Translations under genes and position numbers: made by a program
Assembly: GCF_000007005.1 (NCBI RefSeq)
Contig: NC_002754.1
Length of the DNA stretch: 64,000 bases
Origin: Saccharolobus solfataricus P2
GTDB taxonomy: Archaea; Thermoproteota; Thermoprotei_A; Sulfolobales; Sulfolobaceae
Strand: one strand, 5' to 3'
The notes under the pieces: model-generated
The model's input: only the letters and a program-made list of their open reading frames with translations
Databases searched by the model: none
Told to the model about the DNA's origin: nothing
Part shown: one piece after another, positions 55,019-64,000 of the stretch
How the letters are laid out: every line of letters begins with the position of its first letter
How positions within the stretch are numbered: the first letter of the stretch is position 1

Positions 55019-56643
55019 GATATTTTTTTAATTTTAATTATTATAGGTATTTTTAAATTTGGTGCACTTATTATTGCTTCTCCTACGTCTAGTTTATCTA
55101 AACTTTGTGTAAGTCTTTCATCGAGTGACAACGTATCTCTAATAGCTTTCTTATCGACATCAGATTTTATTGAATGAATAATTTTTATATTTGTATTTTT
55201 CAGTACATTCTGCGAAAGTAATGATGGTGACTGAGTAATAAAGCATAAACCTATATTATATTTTCTTATCTCGGAGGCTAATCTATCTATAAATTCATTT
55301 CCCTCCCTATTGAAGTAATTTTGTGCTTCATCTAGAATGATAAGGGTCTGTTGGTTTATCTTATATCTTATATAACTTTCCACTATAAGTTTTATTAGAA
55401 ATAATGAGTATAATTTTCTGAGTTTAAGATTTGAAATAAATCCTAAGTTTATGATTGTAGAACTCGTTAAATAATCTGGAAAGTCATTAAGTGAAGTTTC
55501 ATCTACAGTAGAAAATAATTTAGATGCAGTTGGAGTAAATAAGATAAATATTTTTCTAAGCAAAGCATATTTCACGTCCCGCATCCAGTACGACGTATCT
55601 TCGATACTATTAATAACTTCTAATAACTGATTAATTGAGAATTTTCTATAACTTTTTAGTTTTAATAAAATGGTATAAAGTAAAAATCGTTGTGGATCTG
55701 TTAGTTGTAAAACATCTCCAATAATGTCAACTGTATCTTCCACGTCTAAATCTATTAAGTGTAATGGATTTATTTTTACTATAGTTTTCTCATCATAAAT
55801 TCTAAAGCCGTTTTTGAGGAGTTGATCATATTCCCCATGCCAATCCAATATAATTACCTTAACACCTTTAGCGTTCAATTGGGAGGCTAAAAGTATTGCA
55901 GTATTCGTCTTTCCAGATCCAGTACTTCCAAAGATTCCTATATGTCTCGTAATGTCTTTTACTCTTATTCCTACCCTTGATGTTACTGTTCCGTTTGTGG
56001 CTTCTCCTATCTCTACATCAAAATCCTCTGACACAATATTAGAATTAATAGGATTGGTGTAAGTTATCTCGGACACTGTTAGAAAAGGGTAGTTCCCAAA
56101 AGCCATTGGAATTGGAAGAACATTTTTTGATGGTTGAATAATTTTAAACTCTAGATGTGGAGCTATAGCTTTTGCTAACACTAATAAATTGTTAACTTCT
56201 TCCATGAAACTGTCCAACTCTATATCGGTGGAATGTTGGAGTATTCTATAAATTATTATAGATGAACCTAGTTTATTTTTTTCTACTATAGTAAATATTA
56301 TAAACTTGAATTCTGAGTCTTTTCTAGCTATTGCATTTATGAAGTCTTTAAGTTCTTTTTCTATATCGTTCTTATTTGAAGTCGGTTCGATTTTACCCGT
56401 TATTTTCATAGCAACTCCACAAATGCAAGTATTATCATACATTATCTGGAAGATTCCATTTTTAAGAATGAATTTATTTATTTTTACTTTAAGAGAATTT
56501 CTGAAAATAAACGAGATAACCACTATCATTATAATTGGAAATACGAAAAACATTAAGTTAATATTAATTAAATTATGAAACAGAAAACCAATTCCCAGAA
56601 TTATGAGTAGTATAGGAATCCAAAGATTTTTATTCATCTTCAA
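55015..56643 (-). CDS. Membrane-anchored HerA/VirB4/FtsK-like ATPase (DUF87)
   Basis: Two N-terminal TM helices, GSTGSGKT Walker A, LDEAQ Walker B, RKYNIGL...TQSP. Confidence 0.85.
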   Translation of the reverse strand: MKMNKNLWIPILLIILGIGFLFHNLININLMFFVFPIIMIVVISFIFRNSLKVKINKFILKNGIFQIMYDNTCICGVAMKITGKIEPTSNKNDIEKELKDFINAIARKDSEFKFIIFTIVEKNKLGSSIIIYRILQHSTDIELDSFMEEVNNLLVLAKAIAPHLEFKIIQPSKNVLPIPMAFGNYPFLTVSEITYTNPINSNIVSEDFDVEIGEATNGTVTSRVGIRVKDITRHIGIFGSTGSGKTNTAILLASQLNAKGVKVIILDWHGEYDQLLKNGFRIYDEKTIVKINPLHLIDLDVEDTVDIIGDVLQLTDPQRFLLYTILLKLKSYRKFSINQLLEVINSIEDTSYWMRDVKYALLRKIFILFTPTASKLFSTVDETSLNDFPDYLTSSTIINLGFISNLKLRKLYSLFLIKLIVESYIRYKINQQTLIILDEAQNYFNREGNEFIDRLASEIRKYNIGLCFITQSPSLLSQNVLKNTNIKIIHSIKSDVDKKAIRDTLSLDERLTQSLDKLDVGEAIISAPNLKIPIIIKIKKIS

Positions 56644-56663
56644 ACGAATTTCATGGTTAATAA

Positions 56664-57029
56664 CTACAGCGAGTCGATTAAAACTAAAGCGTTCTTAGTT
56701 AAAATTAATCTTTCTTTATTTCCCATAATTTGATATGGTAAGAAGTTTTCTTGAGCACTAGTATTCTTTATACATTCTATTAAATACAGTTCATTAACGC
56801 TGTTAATTTCGCCTCTAATATAGTCTAATGCATCCTTTATTTGTTCAAAAGGTAATAAGAGAAGTAAGAAAAACATTATCGGGCTTCTTATCTTATTTCT
56901 GGACGTATCATAGTTGAAATATAGAAAACAAGCCTGTCTTAGTACTCCTTCAGAAGGCAATAGAGGTAGGACTTGACTAACGTACTCATCATCGTGTTTA
57001 ATTAAGTTGTTAATGTTAGCAATATCCAT
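56664..57029 (-). CDS. Hypothetical protein
   Basis: 121-aa ORF in a codirectional run. Confidence 0.6.
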   Translation of the reverse strand: MDIANINNLIKHDDEYVSQVLPLLPSEGVLRQACFLYFNYDTSRNKIRSPIMFFLLLLLPFEQIKDALDYIRGEINSVNELYLIECIKNTSAQENFLPYQIMGNKERLILTKNALVLIDSL

Positions 57030-57064
57030 CTTATGTAACTTACTTACTTTTAACTTTAATATCT

Positions 57065-57316
57065 CTAACCACCGTGATTTATTGGTATTATTTCAATGAT
57101 ATCGTTATCGTTTAAAAGTTGATTTCTATACAATCTCCAATCTTTTCCATTTATTAATATTAGAATTCCAGATTTTAACTGGTTGCTCTCATTCAATATT
57201 AAATGCTTTTTGCTATCTATCTTCACTAGTACTCTAAGAAGTTCTCTATCATTCACGTATATCTCTCTGAAATTAAATTGAGAAATCAGTGGTCCTTTCA
57301 AGATCACTTTTGGCAT
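57065..57316 (-). CDS. Ubiquitin-like MoaD/ThiS/Urm1 family protein
   Basis: LILING...DIIEIIPINHGG, C-terminal diglycine. Confidence 0.9.
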   Translation of the reverse strand: MPKVILKGPLISQFNFREIYVNDRELLRVLVKIDSKKHLILNESNQLKSGILILINGKDWRLYRNQLLNDNDIIEIIPINHGG

Positions 57317-57317
57317 T

Positions 57318-57557
57318 CTAGATCTCTTCGGATATTTCCTCCTTCTCTTCAGCCGGAGAAGTCTCTTTTTCTTTCATTATTTTATAATATCTTGTAAGAT
57401 ATCCTGCTATTCTATTCCTCACTTTCTTTGACTTTACGTCAACATATCTAATAACTATTTGTTTATTTGTATTATAATCATCTTTTATCTCATCTTTATA
57501 ACGATCATATATTTCTTTTACTATTCTTTTTATATCTTTAGTATATATATTACCCAT
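57318..57557 (-). CDS. rps17e: 30S ribosomal protein S17e
   Basis: MGNIYTK...[13 protein letters not shown]. Confidence 0.97.
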   Translation of the reverse strand: MGNIYTKDIKRIVKEIYDRYKDEIKDDYNTNKQIVIRYVDVKSKKVRNRIAGYLTRYYKIMKEKETSPAEEKEEISEEI

Positions 57558-57567
57558 TTAAATCACC

Positions 57568-58716
57568 TTATTCATGTGAACTTTCGTGTGAATATACGCT
57601 TGGTTTAGTTTTATACATATCTGTCTCTTTCTTAAATCTATTCTTTAACTTCTCTATCACTAATGGTAGAGTAGTATACTCCATTTCTTGTGGCTCTAAT
57701 CTATGGGGCATAAACGGGCCATGTTTCCTAATGTAATCTGCAATTATTACAGCCGTTCTTCTAACTTCATCAAATGCAGGATCATCGAATAAATCAGTTG
57801 GACCTACCAGTTTTCCATTTTTAATGTTAAATCCTAAACTTATTAGCCTAGGTGGGCCATCGAATCTTGTAGCCCTCGCATCCTTTTGAGATACTGGCAT
57901 AAGAGGTCCATAGTGACTGCCTCTCATCCACCCTGGTACTAAATAAGGTACTGTAAACGCTTCTAAAATTTCTCCTAGCGCAGGCAGACCGTGTTGAGCC
58001 CTTACTACCATAACTGGATCGTCTTTACCTACGTATTTTCCAGCTATTAGATTCAATCTTTCTACGGAGACAACTGATGCTTGCAAATTATCGGCTTTCC
58101 TATAAACTCTTCGCACTATATATCTACTAGGTGTTCCTATTAGCGCAAGCAAATCATAACTCTCCTCTGGTGTGTTCAGCATTATTGACTCTCCTTCATA
58201 TACATCTAAAACTTCAAATTTATACCCTTCATGCATAGTTGGATCTATTACCAGTCCGGCAGTATTAAATGGATCTGCAAATATCTTATATAATGGAAGA
58301 TTATATGCACCAGGCTCAGTTTTATCAGCCATGAAAATAACTACTGGTTCAGCGGGTCTTTCTTCAAATTCTATTTCAGCGATTCCAGGGCCCATACCTC
58401 TAAGATTACCAGAAAAAGAATCCGAAAGTAAATCTTGTCCTGCAGCATATAATCCTAGATCCTTAGCTATTTTTGCAGCTTCTTTAAATGCGTTCCAAGC
58501 TGTTTCATGAACTCTAGTATCCAGTTCTCCTCTGTTATGTGTCATTATTAATTGTAAATCATCACCAACATAGGTTATGTAGTAATCGGAAATTATGTTA
58601 TTCCTTTTAGCTTCGGCCAATATTTTGTTAGCTGCAGCTATAGTATCAGGGTGAACAACATGATGTCCAGCTAGGCTTCCTATATCGGCCTTGATTACAC
58701 TAAGTGTAGTTTTCAT
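57568..58716 (-). CDS. fbp: Bifunctional fructose-1,6-bisphosphate aldolase/phosphatase (class V)
   Basis: KADIGS, GDD, GQDLL, DKTEPGA, GKDDPV motifs. Confidence 0.96.
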   Translation of the reverse strand: MKTTLSVIKADIGSLAGHHVVHPDTIAAANKILAEAKRNNIISDYYITYVGDDLQLIMTHNRGELDTRVHETAWNAFKEAAKIAKDLGLYAAGQDLLSDSFSGNLRGMGPGIAEIEFEERPAEPVVIFMADKTEPGAYNLPLYKIFADPFNTAGLVIDPTMHEGYKFEVLDVYEGESIMLNTPEESYDLLALIGTPSRYIVRRVYRKADNLQASVVSVERLNLIAGKYVGKDDPVMVVRAQHGLPALGEILEAFTVPYLVPGWMRGSHYGPLMPVSQKDARATRFDGPPRLISLGFNIKNGKLVGPTDLFDDPAFDEVRRTAVIIADYIRKHGPFMPHRLEPQEMEYTTLPLVIEKLKNRFKKETDMYKTKPSVYSHESSHE

Positions 58717-58747
58717 AATTTAATTTAGATATACATAACTAAAAATC

Positions 58748-60550
58748 TTACTGGGTAGAAAGAACCATGGAGTAATAATCTCCTCTTTCTTTCTGGACTC
58801 TATCTAAGTAACTCCCAATCTTATTTACTCTAGGTCTTCCGGTCTCTGCATCTCTCCTGAACGTTACCTCCAATTCTCTCAAAAACTCATTCATTCCCGT
58901 CTTTAACGTTACCGGAGATGTTGCTAATCCAGCTTTTTCTGGTTCTCCTTTGAAAACGATAATTCTATCCGCTATATAATCATGTATTGAAAGATCGTGA
59001 TCTATGATAAAAGTTACCGCTTTCCTCTCCCTCGTAACTCTCTTTATAGCTTTAGCGACTATATATCTCTCTTCGACATCGAGATAAGAGGAAGGTTCAT
59101 CCAAAACGTAAAGATCAGCTTCTTTTGCCAAAGTAGCTGCTATATATAATTTCTGTAATTCGCCTCCACTTAGATCATTCACATTAGATTCCAGCAGTCT
59201 GTGCAAGTTAAGCCTTTTAGTTACCTCTTCGAAGAACCAGGATGAGGTAGAAAGAGCGTCTTTACTCGCATTTTCTAAGTATTGTTGAACAGTTCCATCA
59301 TAGTTAGGAAAGATTCGTTGTGGTTTATAAGATAATATTTGTTTTTCTGGGGTTACAGATCCTTCATCTGCTGTAATTTCGCCAACTAATATTCTTGCGA
59401 AAGTTGTCTTTCCAATTCCGTTTGGTCCTAAAATTCCGATTATTTCTCCCTCTTTAGCCTCTCCATTATCTACTACTAACTGAAAATCACCTAACTTCTT
59501 GATTATCTTAGTCCATTTCATTTTTGTTTTTAGATCTTTGGAAAGGTCTAGGTCACTAACCTCTTTTAGCATAAACTTTATTTCGTCTGGTCTTATTTTC
59601 ATATTTTCAGCTGGTAAATATCCTTTAAGAAAATTATTTATCCCTACTCTAGCTGCATAAGATTTTGAAACCCTTCCATATACTGAACTTTCTCCATAGA
59701 TTATATGTATTAAATCTGTAAGATAATCCAAAACTATTAAGTCATGATCCACAACTATAACATATTTATTCTTTAACAATTCTCTAATTGCCTTAGCCAT
59801 ATTCATTCTTTCCCTAACATCTAGATAAGAAGAAGGTTCGTCAAATATGTATACATCTGCTTCTCTCAATAGTGAAGCAGCTACTAATAATCGCTGAAGT
59901 CCTCCTCCAGAAAGTATATTAGCATCCTTATTCCAAAGATTAGTCATGTTTAGAAGTTCTTTAACTTCATCCTTTTTCCCTCTTTCATCTATCTTTGTCA
60001 AAATTTCATTCACCGTACCTTTAAGGAATTTTGAAGCGTACTCAACGTATTGAATCTTATGTACTATTTTTAGTTCATTACTATATAATTCTTTAAAATA
60101 ATTATAAATTTCTTTTCCTCTAAACCTTTTTAACACTTCGTCTTTACCTACTTTGGAATTTGGATCTCCAAAATTTGGGATTATTTCACCAGCTAGTATT
60201 TTAAGTACTGTGGTTTTCCCTACTCCATTCTTCCCTAATACTCCTAATATCGTATTATTTTTAGGTGTAGGTAAGCCGAATAATTTGAACCCATTTACTT
60301 TGTATCTATGTATAACCTCTCCTTCTAACTCGTCTGGAAGATTAACAATTGATATAGCTTCATATGGACATTTCTTTACACATATTCCACAACCTATACA
60401 AGTTTCTTCATAAATTACTGGTTTTCCCTTAACAATTTCCGACAGTTCTATGGCTTTTCCTCCAGACCTATCAACAGGACAGAAATTTATACACTCTAAG
60501 TTACATTTATCTGGCTTACAAAAGTCATAATTTATTACAGCAACTCTCAC
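58748..60550 (-). CDS. rli: ABCE1/Rli1 ribosome recycling ATPase
   Basis: N-terminal two [4Fe-4S] motifs plus two ABC domains. Confidence 0.98.
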   Translation of the reverse strand: MRVAVINYDFCKPDKCNLECINFCPVDRSGGKAIELSEIVKGKPVIYEETCIGCGICVKKCPYEAISIVNLPDELEGEVIHRYKVNGFKLFGLPTPKNNTILGVLGKNGVGKTTVLKILAGEIIPNFGDPNSKVGKDEVLKRFRGKEIYNYFKELYSNELKIVHKIQYVEYASKFLKGTVNEILTKIDERGKKDEVKELLNMTNLWNKDANILSGGGLQRLLVAASLLREADVYIFDEPSSYLDVRERMNMAKAIRELLKNKYVIVVDHDLIVLDYLTDLIHIIYGESSVYGRVSKSYAARVGINNFLKGYLPAENMKIRPDEIKFMLKEVSDLDLSKDLKTKMKWTKIIKKLGDFQLVVDNGEAKEGEIIGILGPNGIGKTTFARILVGEITADEGSVTPEKQILSYKPQRIFPNYDGTVQQYLENASKDALSTSSWFFEEVTKRLNLHRLLESNVNDLSGGELQKLYIAATLAKEADLYVLDEPSSYLDVEERYIVAKAIKRVTRERKAVTFIIDHDLSIHDYIADRIIVFKGEPEKAGLATSPVTLKTGMNEFLRELEVTFRRDAETGRPRVNKIGSYLDRVQKERGDYYSMVLSTQ

Positions 60551-60929
60551 GAATACTCACCTATTATGTAGAAATATACTGGTTGTTAGAATATTCACAT
60601 CCTATAAAACTTCCCCTTTTGTCATTTAATAAATCTTCCTCTACTTTTAATATTTTTCCTAATTTTAATACTTCTCGAGCTAAGAGTGCAACCGGAAAAC
60701 CTTCTCCAATAATATCCCTCCCTTTCTCCTTAAAGATTACCTTAATAGACTAGGAACTTTAAGATCATTCATGAGACTTAGAGAGTCTCTCATATATGGA
60801 TACAGTAATCACGTTATAATTTAATAAAGTTTTTATGATACGATGTTAATCACTAAAAAAAGCCGTTCTCATTTTTGTAAGGATAGCGTGTCTAACAGTT
60901 TAAAAGACCGTATAGTGTATATTTATGTT

Positions 60930-61006
<77 letters not shown>

Positions 61007-61040
61007 GTGGGGTTAGGGGGATACCCCCTAAAACCCCCAC
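61007..61040. repeat. GC-rich hairpin abutting the att/tRNA 3' end
   Basis: GTGGGG-TTAGGGGG-ATA-CCCCCTAA-AAC-CCCCAC. Confidence 0.8.
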
Positions 61041-61359
61041 TGCTATCTTTCAATTTTTCGTACGTTTCAACTACGTCAACTAAAGGGTCGACGTAAGTTT
61101 CCTTTACGTTACCGTTCTCATACTCTAGTTTGTAAACATAATACCGCCCTTTTCTTTCACGTATAATTATGTCGCCATATTTATAATGATGTTGTTTTTC
61201 CTTTATTTTCACCCACTGTATTATGGTTGCCAAAAGAGAGTTATAAGCTCTGCAAACTCGTTAGTTTTTGTCATCAAAAAGCGTTGAATTGAAAGAAGAC
61301 GGCAAAGATTCCTCGATAGCGAGAAGAAGCTTATTTGCGTTCTACACCCCGATATAACA

Positions 61360-61560
61360 TCATTTCATAGCGCGTCTGTAACATAGTGATATATTGTCGT
61401 CTTTCATTTCTATGCTAAGAACGAGTTCGTCAGTAGTCGTTATATTAAACGTCCTAACGATATCTATCGGATATTTTAGGTAATATGTTTCGTTACCCGG
61501 TCTTTCGCCTTTTCTGACACACGGCTTAACTATATGATAAAGTATATAACGTTTAAGCAA
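61360..61560 (-). CDS. Small AbrB/SpoVT-like DNA-binding protein (mobile-element type; start uncertain)
   Basis: VKP..RKG...ETYYLKYPIDIVRTFNIT..DELVL swapped-hairpin pattern. Confidence 0.55.
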   Translation of the reverse strand: MLKRYILYHIVKPCVRKGERPGNETYYLKYPIDIVRTFNITTTDELVLSIEMKDDNISLCYRRAMK

Positions 61561-61568
61561 AAATTATA

Positions 61569-62924
61569 TCAACTTAATTCTACTCCCTTAGTTTCTGGTA
61601 TTAAAAATAGAGTTATACTACACGATACTAAAGCTATTATCGAATATATTCCTAGTAGTACTGGGAGTCCAAACTTAGCTAATAACAAAGGAAACGCAGT
61701 AATACTAAAAGCTGCAGCAAGTCTATCTACTGCCACACTAATAGCTTGGCTGGTCCCTCTAACTTTGGTTGGAACTAACTCTGGGGTTAACATCGCTGAT
61801 CCTATTATGGACGCGGGTCCAATTGCTGATGACAAATAGTTCATAAGATAAAATGATAGTCCTAATAATGCTGCCTCTCCGGTTAAACTTTCTGCCGCTT
61901 TTAAAGGATTACTTATATGTATCTTAAGTCCAAAGTAATACGGATCCATGAGGAGTATCGAGTACATAAAAAGCCAAAATGCAACACCAGCATAACCTAT
62001 TACGATTAATGGTTTTCTTCCTATTTTGTCAACTAGATAAATGCTAATTATCTGACCTGGCAAACCTGCAAGAAACTGTGCCAAATAGGTGAATTCTATG
62101 GGATTTAGACCTAAATTTCCCGCTATTGTTATTGGTCCATAGATTGCAAATGTAGAGGAATACATATCGTAAAGAAGCCAGAGAATAGAAGATATAATTG
62201 TAATTCCTATAGCTGATACGAATCTTTTTGAGAACGGGACTTCATCTGGAGAAATTGCAACTTTACTTTTTATTTCTTTTTCTAGTTTTTTTAGCTCTTC
62301 TGGTTTCGGTTTAATTCTAGTTAAGAATTTATATGTTTCAGGAATTTTTCTCCTTAAGTAAAATACAGAAATTGCTGGGAGAATTCCCATAAACAATACT
62401 ATTCTCCATATGAGATCATTCTCCATGTTCACTAACAGCAAGATTTGCTCAACAAATGCTGCAGTAACTGCACCCATTCCCCAAAGTAGTGCAAAAGTTA
62501 CTATCATTCGTTTTCCTCTATTTTTGGGATTTGAATTCTCTGCAGTAATTATAGGAGAAAGAACATAATCTGCGCCAATCCCAAAACCTAAGATTATTCT
62601 AGACATGACTAACTCTGCAAAATTTGTTGATATTGACTGAAATAGTATTCCTAAACTCATTAAAGCTACATCGAGACCGTAAATAAACTTTCTTCCTAGT
62701 TTATCTGATAAAAAGCCTAATAGAATTGCGGAAACTGCTGCACCATAATATGCACTAGCTATAACTATCCCTTCCTCTAGTCCATTTAATAGAAATTCCT
62801 TTTGTATATAATAGAAAACTAATGAAATCGCATAAAGTTCATATCCATCAGTAAATACTCCCATACCGGCTGTTAAGACGCTCTTGAATTCTAGTGAGGA
62901 AAAGTCCGGTTTATTATAACCCAT
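61569..62924 (-). CDS. MFS transporter (sugar porter / phosphate:H+ symporter type)
   Basis: About 12 TM helices, SDKLGRK and DKIGRK motif A, GIGADY, PETK. Confidence 0.92.
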   Translation of the reverse strand: MGYNKPDFSSLEFKSVLTAGMGVFTDGYELYAISLVFYYIQKEFLLNGLEEGIVIASAYYGAAVSAILLGFLSDKLGRKFIYGLDVALMSLGILFQSISTNFAELVMSRIILGFGIGADYVLSPIITAENSNPKNRGKRMIVTFALLWGMGAVTAAFVEQILLLVNMENDLIWRIVLFMGILPAISVFYLRRKIPETYKFLTRIKPKPEELKKLEKEIKSKVAISPDEVPFSKRFVSAIGITIISSILWLLYDMYSSTFAIYGPITIAGNLGLNPIEFTYLAQFLAGLPGQIISIYLVDKIGRKPLIVIGYAGVAFWLFMYSILLMDPYYFGLKIHISNPLKAAESLTGEAALLGLSFYLMNYLSSAIGPASIIGSAMLTPELVPTKVRGTSQAISVAVDRLAAAFSITAFPLLLAKFGLPVLLGIYSIIALVSCSITLFLIPETKGVELS

Positions 62925-62995
62925 TTCGTACTGTGTATACTCTGTTGAGGTTATAAGAGTATCTAGAATTAGTATATACCAAGTAATAATATGTG

Positions 62996-63085
62996 CGGAC
63001 CCGCCGGGATTTGAACCCGGGACCGCCGGCTATCCTCCTTAGACGCTAGAAGGCCGGCGCTCCGTCCTGGCTGAGCTACGGGTCC
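62996..63085 (-). tRNA. tRNA-Arg(UCU) with 15-nt intron at 37/38 (63032-63046)
   Basis: Cloverleaf, CT-TCT-A loop, BHB-like CUUC/GAGG helix. Confidence 0.94.
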
Positions 63086-63128
63086 AACATAAAATGAGAA
63101 TTTAATAAAATAAGATTTTCTCATTCAT

Positions 63129-63464
63129 TTACTCGTACTCTCTCCATACTTTACCGCATTTCGTGCACTTATAAAATCTAGTAGGTGGCTCATCCGCCCT
63201 TCTAGTTTGTAATATCCAGAAATAGGCTTCATCATTTTTGCATGAAGGACATAGAACACCTTTTATTTTTTGTGCACCACTGGGCATTTCCTCCTCTTCT
63301 AATACTAACGTTTTTTCTTTAATACTATGTTTTACTTTACTCGTTACTACTATCGTTGTTTCTGGGACCTCTTTTTCATAACCACATTTGGTACATCTAT
63401 ATACGTTCTTGCCATTGGATTTCTTTGGAACCATCATAGAGTTACATTTGGGACAGAACTTCAC
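63129..63464 (-). CDS. tfs: Transcript cleavage factor TFS (RpoM-like)
   Basis: Two Zn ribbons, QTRRADEPPTRFYKC motif. Confidence 0.95.
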   Translation of the reverse strand: MKFCPKCNSMMVPKKSNGKNVYRCTKCGYEKEVPETTIVVTSKVKHSIKEKTLVLEEEEMPSGAQKIKGVLCPSCKNDEAYFWILQTRRADEPPTRFYKCTKCGKVWREYE

Positions 63465-63482
63465 TACTATCACGCTACAAGC

Positions 63483-63755
63483 TTAACCATTTACTTTATC
63501 TATATTTAACTTTTCTGATAGTTTCTTTATGAGATTTTCACATATCTTCTCTAGTACTTGTTCTTTAAAGTTCTCACCAATTCCAATATTGGAATATTTG
63601 ATTTCGTCAACTATGGAAGATGTAGTTATTTGTTTAATTAGATTATCTTGATTTATATCCAGAAACATCTTCTCTAAGAAGTTACCTCTAAATACACATA
63701 TTGCATACAAATAGTTAACTTTAACAAATACTGCTATCCTTGTCTCCTTTTTCAC
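63483..63755 (-). CDS. Hypothetical protein
   Basis: 90-aa ORF coupled between rpo11 and tfs. Confidence 0.65.
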   Translation of the reverse strand: MKKETRIAVFVKVNYLYAICVFRGNFLEKMFLDINQDNLIKQITTSSIVDEIKYSNIGIGENFKEQVLEKICENLIKKLSEKLNIDKVNG

Positions 63756-64000
63756 TTGGTTAATCCCTTTATTTCGTCGATATAGTGTGAGGTCATTCCT
63801 CTTATATTTTCAATGGCTTTCAATAAGGCATCTTTAGGAGTTATTGAACCATCAGTTAGTATTTTAACTATTATTTTATCAGATAAAGGATGTGGTTGAT
63901 AATATGAAGCAAAACTTACGCCACTAATTCTCCTCAAGGTACCCGCAATTAAGTTACCTAACGTATGATCCTCTCCTTCTATCTCTAATTCCAAGTAATT
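63752..64000 (-). CDS. rpo11: RNA polymerase subunit Rpo11 (L), 5' end beyond window
   Basis: [10 protein letters not shown] and YYQPHPL motifs. Confidence 0.95.
   Translation of the reverse strand, partial: NYLELEIEGEDHTLGNLIAGTLRRISGVSFASYYQPHPLSDKIIVKILTDGSITPKDALLKAIENIRGMTSHYIDEIKGLTK

Overview
Core-genome segment of a Sulfolobales archaeon; it closely resembles Saccharolobus (Sulfolobus) solfataricus, recognised from memory and not by database search. It holds the RNA polymerase/str superoperon (rpo5-rpo2-rpo1N-rpo1C-rpl30e-nusA-rps12-rps7-tuf), translation, purine, lipid (Tes, GGGP synthase) and proteostasis genes, replication origin oriC1 beside cdc6-1, RNase P RNA and five tRNA genes (two with BHB introns). 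Main observations beyond the gene list: (i) two SSV-type integrase N-terminal remnants at tRNA-Val(GAC) and tRNA-Arg(CCG); the first is split by a 184-bp MITE with terminal inverted repeats and a 6-bp target duplication, which supplies a new TATA box and an in-frame ATG. (ii) Five conserved genes have essential N-terminal motifs upstream of any ATG/GTG/TTG; three show GGTGA + 6 nt + CTG/ACG, suggesting non-canonical initiation. (iii) A 2-kb cassette lies between two inverted, near-identical tRNA-Arg genes. (iv) tfb3 and the splicing-endonuclease structural subunit have back-to-back start codons (CAT|ATG). (v) Several housekeeping genes are interrupted (rpo2, a PUA/TGT half, a PAC2-family gene); these may be sequencing errors, and that caveat also applies to the odd start codons.
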